From contig JAJPJW010000054.1 in the NCBI GenBank assembly GCA_021324075.1, forward strand, positions 500 through 64,499: 64,000 bases of DNA, given 5' to 3'. The notes beneath the pieces were generated by a model. It made no database searches. It saw only the letters and a program-made list of their open reading frames with translations, and was not told where the DNA came from. Positions 57,013 to 64,000 of this stretch are shown here, one piece after another. Position 1 is the first letter of the stretch; each line of letters starts with the position of its first letter. This DNA is from Pseudomonadota bacterium. Lineage in GTDB: Bacteria; Oederibacteriota; Muellerivitia; Muellerivitales; Muellerivitaceae. A program made the position numbers and the translations under genes.

Positions 57013-58029
57013 GTGAAAAAGAAAAACGACCTTTCGTCCGTCGATAAAACCGAGCTCCTGGCACTAGTAGGATCCCTCCAGAACAAGAAAGTCGTCGTCA
57101 TCGGCGACGTGATGCTCGACGTCTACATCCGCGGCGCGGTGGCCCGCATATCCCCCGAGGCCCCCATTCCGGTGGTGGAAATCAACGAAGACGACAGGAA
57201 AATGCCGGGAGGGGCGGCCAACGTGGCGGCCAATATCACGGCCCTGGGCGGCCGGTCGGCCATCATCGGGACCGTCGGCATGGACATGGCGGGCAAGGAA
57301 CTTGTCCGGGAATTGAAGAAGAACAAGGTGGATACCACCGGCATCCTGGCCCTCGCGGACCGCCCCACCACCGAAAAAACCCGCGTGATCGCCCATACCC
57401 AGCAGGTGGTACGCATCGACCGGGAGGTTAAATCCGCGCTCACCGATTCCCAACAGGACCAGGTGATCCAGAAGGCCCTGAAGGCCGTGCGGGACGCCGA
57501 TGCGGTTATTTTTGAGGACTACAACAAGGGCCTTTTGACCCCCAAGGTGATCCGGAAGATCATCGCCTATGCCAAGGCCCACAAGAAAATCACGGCGGTG
57601 GACCCGAAATTCCACAATTTCTTCGAATTCAAGGGTGTTACGGTCCTGAAACCCAATATGAAGGAGATAACCGAGGCTTTGGGGCCGGAAGTGGATGGGG
57701 AGACCTTCGAGACCATCGGCTTCAAGGTGATGAAGGAACTGGGTTGTAAGTCGGTGGTCTTGACCCGCAGCGAACATGGGATGGCCCTTTTTGAGGCCGG
57801 CCAACCGATCCGCACCATCCCCACGGTGGCGCGGGAGGTTTACGACGTTTCGGGGGCCGGGGATACGGTCATCGCCACCCTGACCCTGGCCTTGACCGCC
57901 GGGGCCACCCTGCTCCAGGCCGCCACCCTGGCCAATTACGCGGCGGGCATCGAGGTGGAGAAGCTGGGCGTGGCCACCGTTTCGGCCGAGGAACTGAGCC
58001 AGCGCCTGCTTGAGGAAATGAACCGATAA
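57013..58029 (+). CDS. hldA: D-glycero-beta-D-manno-heptose-7-phosphate kinase (RfaE/HldE domain I, PfkB family).
   Basis: 'VVVIGDVMLDVYIRGAVARISPEAPIPVV' and 'DVSGAGDTVIATLTLAL'. GTG start. Confidence 0.8.
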   Translation: MKKKNDLSSVDKTELLALVGSLQNKKVVVIGDVMLDVYIRGAVARISPEAPIPVVEINEDDRKMPGGAANVAANITALGGRSAIIGTVGMDMAGKELVRELKKNKVDTTGILALADRPTTEKTRVIAHTQQVVRIDREVKSALTDSQQDQVIQKALKAVRDADAVIFEDYNKGLLTPKVIRKIIAYAKAHKKITAVDPKFHNFFEFKGVTVLKPNMKEITEALGPEVDGETFETIGFKVMKELGCKSVVLTRSEHGMALFEAGQPIRTIPTVAREVYDVSGAGDTVIATLTLALTAGATLLQAATLANYAAGIEVEKLGVATVSAEELSQRLLEEMNR

Positions 58030-58100
58030 TTACCAAAGTGTTAAATGAACGATGAAGAACATTCGAACTTGATTTTACATTTTACATTGTCCATTCTTGA

Positions 58101-59237
58101 TTGATGTTCCACCAACCCCTCTTCACCCTCTACCTTTTCCTCCAGTTCCAAGTTTTCATCTTCCTGACCAACCGGCTTGCCTTCCATCCCCGCTTCCGGG
58201 TCTTCGAGACAGGCTGGACCCTTTCCTGGACGTCCTTCACCCTGGCCGTCCAAACGACCCTAACGGTTTTCCTGGGGCGCTCCTGGGATTTCTCCCCTTC
58301 CGATTGGGTGGCGATCCCGGCCGGGTGGAAGCTTTTGACCGCGGCCCTGGCCCTGTCGGTCATCGGTTATTGGACCGAGTTCCTTTTCTGGCTCCTCTTC
58401 GTCAAAAAGCCCGTGCAAAGCCGCCTGCTGTCCAGCCAATTGGTGAAACTCCCCCCGCGGTTCAGGCCGCCCTTGGAATTCCTCAAGTATTTGGGTTTTG
58501 AGAACCAGATTTACCAGCCCGAAGTCAACGAGTACGAAGTGTTCCTGCCCCATTGGCCCAAGGAATTCTCAGGGCTTTCCATCGTCCAGATCTCGGACAT
58601 CCATTACGGCAAATATATCAACCTGGACTACCTGGGAATCCTCGTGGCGGTCGCCCAAAAACTGAAACCCGACCTGTTTGTCCTGACCGGTGATTTTATT
58701 TCCTTCCAGAAACATATCCCGGCCATGGAGGGCCTCTTCAAGAAACTCAAGGCGCCCCTGGGGGTTTACGCCCTGCTTGGGAACCATGATTACTGGTCCG
58801 ATGGGGAAGGGATGCGGAAGGCCCTGGAAGAGGACCATATCCGCGTGCTCCGGAACGACGTGGCCATGATCAAACGAAAGGGAAAAACCCTGGCCCTGAT
58901 GGGCGTGGACGACCTTTGGGAGGGAACGAAAAACGAAGCCCCGCTCCTGAACGCGAAGGGGGATGCCAAGATCCTTTTGGCGCACCATCCCGACCATTTT
59001 TACCTGGCAAAGAAAACCAAGGCCCACCTGCAAATCTCCGGGCATTGCCACGGCGGGCAGATTTGTTTTCCCCTTTGGGGCCCGCTCATCATCCCCTCGA
59101 CCAAGGGGCGCAAATACGTGGAAGGTTTCGTGCGCGAAGGCGACACCACCCTCTTCGCCCACCGCGGCATCGGAGGCTATCCGCCGATCCGCACTTATTG
59201 CCGTCCGGAAATTGTGAAACTCATCCTGCGGTCCTAA
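58101..59237 (+). CDS. Membrane-anchored calcineurin-like metallophosphoesterase.
   Basis: N-terminal TM helices, then 'VQISDIHYG', 'VLTGDF', 'LGNHDYW', 'GHCHGGQ'. Confidence 0.75.
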   Translation: MMFHQPLFTLYLFLQFQVFIFLTNRLAFHPRFRVFETGWTLSWTSFTLAVQTTLTVFLGRSWDFSPSDWVAIPAGWKLLTAALALSVIGYWTEFLFWLLFVKKPVQSRLLSSQLVKLPPRFRPPLEFLKYLGFENQIYQPEVNEYEVFLPHWPKEFSGLSIVQISDIHYGKYINLDYLGILVAVAQKLKPDLFVLTGDFISFQKHIPAMEGLFKKLKAPLGVYALLGNHDYWSDGEGMRKALEEDHIRVLRNDVAMIKRKGKTLALMGVDDLWEGTKNEAPLLNAKGDAKILLAHHPDHFYLAKKTKAHLQISGHCHGGQICFPLWGPLIIPSTKGRKYVEGFVREGDTTLFAHRGIGGYPPIRTYCRPEIVKLILRS

Positions 59238-59308
59238 AACCAAAGATCAAGTTGCCACTGCGGCACTCTTTCCCTATAATTACCCATCCCAAGGGAAGTT
59301 GAGATGAA

Positions 59309-59788
59309 TTGGATCATTTTTTAGAACCCACCAAGTTAGCGCCGGTCCTCCAGAACCTTCAAAAACAAGGTAAAAAGGCAGTCTTCACCAACGGGGTCTT
59401 CGACCTCCTGCATTTGGGCCATGTCACCTACCTCCAGGAAGCCCGGAATCGGGGAGATTTATTAGTCGTGGGCCTCAATAGCGACGCCTCGGTGCGCCGG
59501 ATCAAGGGACCTTTGAAGCCCCTCCTGCCCCTGGAAGAAAGGGCTGAAATGCTCCTGGCCCTCTCCTGCGTGGATTACGCGACCTTCTTCGAAGAAGAAA
59601 ACCCCTATAACGTCATCAAGATCCTGCGCCCGGATGTGCTGGTCAAAGGCGGTGATTGGGCCATCGACAAGATCATCGGCGGCGACCTGGTGCAGTCCTG
59701 GGGCGGCAAGGTCCTGAATATCCCCGTGGTGGAAGGCCGCTCGACCACGAACCTGATCCAAATGGTGAGGGACCGTTATGGCAAATAA
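59309..59788 (+). CDS. hldC: D-beta-D-heptose 1-phosphate adenylyltransferase (HldE domain II).
   Basis: 'AVFTNGVFDLLHLGHVTYL...VVGLNSDASVRRIKGP...VKGGDW...STTNLI' is colinear with E. coli HldE residues 340-477. The start codon (TTG at 59309) is uncertain. Confidence 0.75.
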   Translation: MDHFLEPTKLAPVLQNLQKQGKKAVFTNGVFDLLHLGHVTYLQEARNRGDLLVVGLNSDASVRRIKGPLKPLLPLEERAEMLLALSCVDYATFFEEENPYNVIKILRPDVLVKGGDWAIDKIIGGDLVQSWGGKVLNIPVVEGRSTTNLIQMVRDRYGK

Positions 59789-60512
59789 GGTCATCGGCGT
59801 CATCCCCTCCCGCTACGGCGCCCAACGATTCCCGGGGAAACCCCTGGCCCTGATCGCGGGGGTCCCCATGATCGTCCGGGTGATCCGCCAGGCCCAAAAA
59901 GCCGGGCGCCTCAGCGAGGTCTGGGTGGCCACGGATGACCAAAGGATCGCGGAGGCCGTCGAAAAAGCCGGTGCCACGGCCGTGATGACCCCCTCTTCCC
60001 TCAAGTCCGGCACCGACCGGATCGCCTATGCGGTGCGCGACCAGAAGGCCGATATCGTCGTGAATATCCAGGGTGACGAGCCGGTCATGGCCCCGGCCGC
60101 CATCGACGCGGCGGTGGAAGTATTGCAAAACGACCCGAAAGTCCTCATGTCGACGGTGGTCATCCCCCTGTCGGACAAGAAGGAATGGCTGGACCCCAAC
60201 GTGGTGAAGGCGGTTTTGGGGCCCAATGGCAATGTGCTTTATTTCTCCCGGGCGCCGATTCCCTATCCCCGCGAGGGTGGGATGCCCAGGGCCTATAAAC
60301 ATATGGGGCTTTACGGATACCGTCCGGGTTGGCTGCAATTGATGGCAACCTTGAAGCCCACCCCCCTGGAACTGGCCGAAAAACTTGAGCAATTGCGGGC
60401 CATGGAAAACGGCGTGATGATCCGCGCCGCCGTACGGAAAGTCGAATCGATCGCCGTGGACGTTCCTGCTGACGTGAAGAAGGTAGAGAAGTACCTGAAG
60501 AAAAGAAAATAA
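59778..60512 (+). CDS. kdsB: 3-deoxy-manno-octulosonate cytidylyltransferase.
   Basis: 'VIGVIPSRYGAQRFPGKPL', 'IVVNIQGDEPV'. Confidence 0.9.
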   Translation: MANKVIGVIPSRYGAQRFPGKPLALIAGVPMIVRVIRQAQKAGRLSEVWVATDDQRIAEAVEKAGATAVMTPSSLKSGTDRIAYAVRDQKADIVVNIQGDEPVMAPAAIDAAVEVLQNDPKVLMSTVVIPLSDKKEWLDPNVVKAVLGPNGNVLYFSRAPIPYPREGGMPRAYKHMGLYGYRPGWLQLMATLKPTPLELAEKLEQLRAMENGVMIRAAVRKVESIAVDVPADVKKVEKYLKKRK

Positions 60513-60514
60513 GG

Positions 60515-60581
60515 CCAACACGAAGTCACGAAGCCACAAAGAAAAGAATGATTTCTTGGTGACTTAGAGGCTTTGTGTTGG
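60515..60581. repeat. Long imperfect hairpin element between kdsB and pyrG.
   Basis: 'CCAACACGAAG...GTCAC...' pairs with '...GTGAC...CTTTGTGTTGG'. It is CACRAAG-rich, like the 39241 and 62229 repeats, but is not a clear copy of them. Confidence 0.4.
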
Positions 60582-60593
60582 ATGTTGGTTTAA

Positions 60594-62228
<1,635 letters not shown>

Positions 62229-62324
62229 ACCACAGAGTTCACAGGGTACACAAAGTTAAATCTTTGATGTTTTGAACCTCATGTCTTACTCTGTGCTCTC
62301 TGTGTACCCTGTGGTGAAAGAGGC
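62229..62324. repeat. Imperfect-palindromic intergenic repeat, copy B of the 'ACCACRGAGT...CTGTGGTGAAA' family.
   Basis: The 5' end 'ACCACAGAGTTCACAGGG' and 3' end 'TTACTCTGTGCTCTCTGTGTACCCTGTGGTGAAA' match the ends of copy A at 39241. 'CACAGGGTACACA' pairs with 'TGTGTACCCTGTG'. Confidence 0.65.
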
Positions 62325-63134
62325 TTGGTTTTGATCGACGTCAAGCAGTTAGGCAAAAACGGCAAGTTCTTCGTGATCGCGGGGCCCTGCGTCATCGAGG
62401 GCACGGACTTCCTCTTGAAGACCGCCAAGACCATCAAGGGCATCGCGGACGAATTCGGCGTGCCGCTGGTCTTCAAATCCTCCTACGACAAGGCCAACCG
62501 CAGTTCCATCAAGGGTTACCGCGGGGTGGGCATCAAGCGGGGCATGGCGGCCTTGTTCTGGGTCAAAAAGAAGCTGAAGGTCCCGGTCTTGACCGATATC
62601 CATGAGATCGAGGAAGTGCATTTCGCCGCCAAGGTCGCGGATGTGCTCCAAATCCCCGCCTTCCTTTCCCGCCAGACCAGCCTGCTGGCGGCCGCGGCCA
62701 AGACGGGAAAGATCGTCAACGTGAAGAAGGGCCAGTTCATGGCCCCCTGGGAAATGCAAAACGTCGTGGACAAGATCAAGGGCTCGGGGGGCAAGCACAT
62801 CTGGCTCACCGAACGGGGGACCTCCTTCGGGTACAACAACCTGGTGGTGGATTACCGGGGTATCCCCGAGATGAAAAAGACCAAATGCCCGGTGATCTTC
62901 GACGGTACCCACAGCGTCCAGCAGCCCGCCGCCAAGGGGACCTCGAGCGGCGGCACCCGTGAACACGCGCCCGACCTCATGCGCGCCGCGGTGGCTGTGG
63001 GCGTGGACGGCCTTTTCATGGAAGTCCATCCCGACCCGCCCAAGGCCAAGTCCGACGCCGCCACCCAGATCACCTTCGAGACTTTCCGCCAGGTCCTCAA
63101 GGACAGCCTCGCCATCCGCAAAGCGCTCAAATAA
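62325..63134 (+). CDS. kdsA: 3-deoxy-8-phosphooctulonate (Kdo-8-P) synthase.
   Basis: 'FFVIAGPCVIEG', 'KSSYDKANRSS'. TTG start (62325 or 62331). Confidence 0.85.
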   Translation: MVLIDVKQLGKNGKFFVIAGPCVIEGTDFLLKTAKTIKGIADEFGVPLVFKSSYDKANRSSIKGYRGVGIKRGMAALFWVKKKLKVPVLTDIHEIEEVHFAAKVADVLQIPAFLSRQTSLLAAAAKTGKIVNVKKGQFMAPWEMQNVVDKIKGSGGKHIWLTERGTSFGYNNLVVDYRGIPEMKKTKCPVIFDGTHSVQQPAAKGTSSGGTREHAPDLMRAAVAVGVDGLFMEVHPDPPKAKSDAATQITFETFRQVLKDSLAIRKALK

Positions 63135-63159
63135 CCCTGTTTCGTCCGGAAAGGCTGTC

Positions 63160-63564
63160 ATGTACCAAATTTTCAGCGACGGCGCTTCCCGCGGGAACCC
63201 CGGCCCATCCGGCATCGGGGCGGTCATCCTCAAAGACGGCAAAGTCGTCCATGAAATCGCGGAATATATCGGCGAAACCACCAACAACGTGGCTGAATAC
63301 GAGGCCCTCCTGCATGCCCTCGACTATTGCGTGAAGAAGAAGTTGTCCCCGGTGGAAATCCTGGCCGACAGCCAGCTGATGATCCGGCAACTGACCGGCC
63401 ATTACAAAGTGAAACATCCCAACATCATCCCCCTCCACGAAAAGGCCAGGGAGTATCTGGCCCATTTGGATGTCACGGGTTACCAGCATGTCCCCCGGGA
63501 ACAGAACAAACACGCCGACCGGCTGTCCAATAAGGGCATTGATGACCACTTCCAAAAAGGCTGA
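63160..63564 (+). CDS. rnhA: Ribonuclease HI.
   Basis: 'MYQIFSDGASRGNPGPSGIG...TNNVAEYEAL...HVPREQNKHADRL'. Confidence 0.85.
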   Translation: MYQIFSDGASRGNPGPSGIGAVILKDGKVVHEIAEYIGETTNNVAEYEALLHALDYCVKKKLSPVEILADSQLMIRQLTGHYKVKHPNIIPLHEKAREYLAHLDVTGYQHVPREQNKHADRLSNKGIDDHFQKG

Positions 63565-64000
63565 ATCACCCACCGTTTCCATCCGCCCCATGAGGGCCGG
63601 CGATCACTCCCAAGCCCTGGCCCTTTGGAAACGTTCCAAGGGGGTCGGCCTTCGGGGAGATGACACTCCCGCCCAATTAACCGCTTACCTCAAACGCAAT
63701 CCGGGGTTCAGCCTGACCGCCCTGTCGGAAGGAAAGGTCGTGGGAACCATCCTGGGCGGCCATGATGGGCGCCGGGGAACCATGTTCCACCTGGCCGTTG
63801 ACGAAACCCTCCGTCGCCGGGGACTGGGGCGCCAATTGGTGGACCTTTGCCTGCGAAAGTTGGAAAGGGCCGGCATCCCCCGCACCCATGTCATGGTGAT
63901 CGCCACCAACCGGACCGGAAGGCGTTTTTGGAAGCAAATGGGCTGGGCCGAACGCCACGACCTCGCCCTTTTTTCCAGCCCTTTCAAGAAAGTCCGTCCC
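63542..64000 (+). CDS. GNAT-family N-acetyltransferase (3' end beyond the window).
   Basis: 'VSIRPMRAGD...FHLAVDETLRRRGLGRQLV' is the acetyl-CoA-binding motif A. The start is either the ATG at 63542 (overlapping rnhA) or the ATG at 63590. Confidence 0.6.
   Translation, partial: MTTSKKAESPTVSIRPMRAGDHSQALALWKRSKGVGLRGDDTPAQLTAYLKRNPGFSLTALSEGKVVGTILGGHDGRRGTMFHLAVDETLRRRGLGRQLVDLCLRKLERAGIPRTHVMVIATNRTGRRFWKQMGWAERHDLALFSSPFKKVRP

Overview
This is a high-GC (~60%) window from a Gram-negative-type genome. It carries LPS-core genes, type IV pilus pilT genes and an xylFGH operon, and is densely packed with mostly operonic, often overlapping genes. It falls into four blocks. (1) Positions 1-28,900 hold a large accessory glycosylation locus: a tandem array of paralogous ArnT/PMT-like GT-C membrane glycosyltransferases fused to C-terminal PA14 domains, a YfhO-family GT-C, four polyprenyl-phosphate-sugar-synthase-like GT2 genes, a WecE-like aminotransferase, a PglD/NeuD-like acetyltransferase, a WbqC-like gene, two SAM methyltransferases, a GT9, NHL-repeat proteins, an NPCBM protein and a GH3 beta-glucosidase. 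(2) Positions 29,000-35,000 hold a sugar ABC importer followed by metK and ahcY. (3) Positions 35,000-44,100 hold a single low-GC TIR-domain gene with its own promoter (a candidate horizontally acquired defence gene), two convergent pilT-family ATPases, and an xylFGH operon. The xyl operon is interrupted by an unknown polytopic membrane protein gene and by a low-GC DUF559 endonuclease-like gene flanked by ~38-bp terminal inverted repeats. (4) Positions 44,100-64,000 hold an outer-membrane protein, a DUF1573 protein, an XRE regulator, msbA, ADP-heptose and Kdo pathway genes (gmhA, gmhB, hldA, hldC, kdsA, kdsB), two further GT-C-like membrane proteins, pyrG, rnhA and a GNAT gene. A family of ~95-bp imperfect-palindromic intergenic repeats with a conserved 'CTGTGGTGAAA' end sits in at least two gene gaps. 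No tRNA, rRNA or CRISPR array was seen. Many long antisense ORFs in the six-frame track are GC-driven shadows of the real genes.
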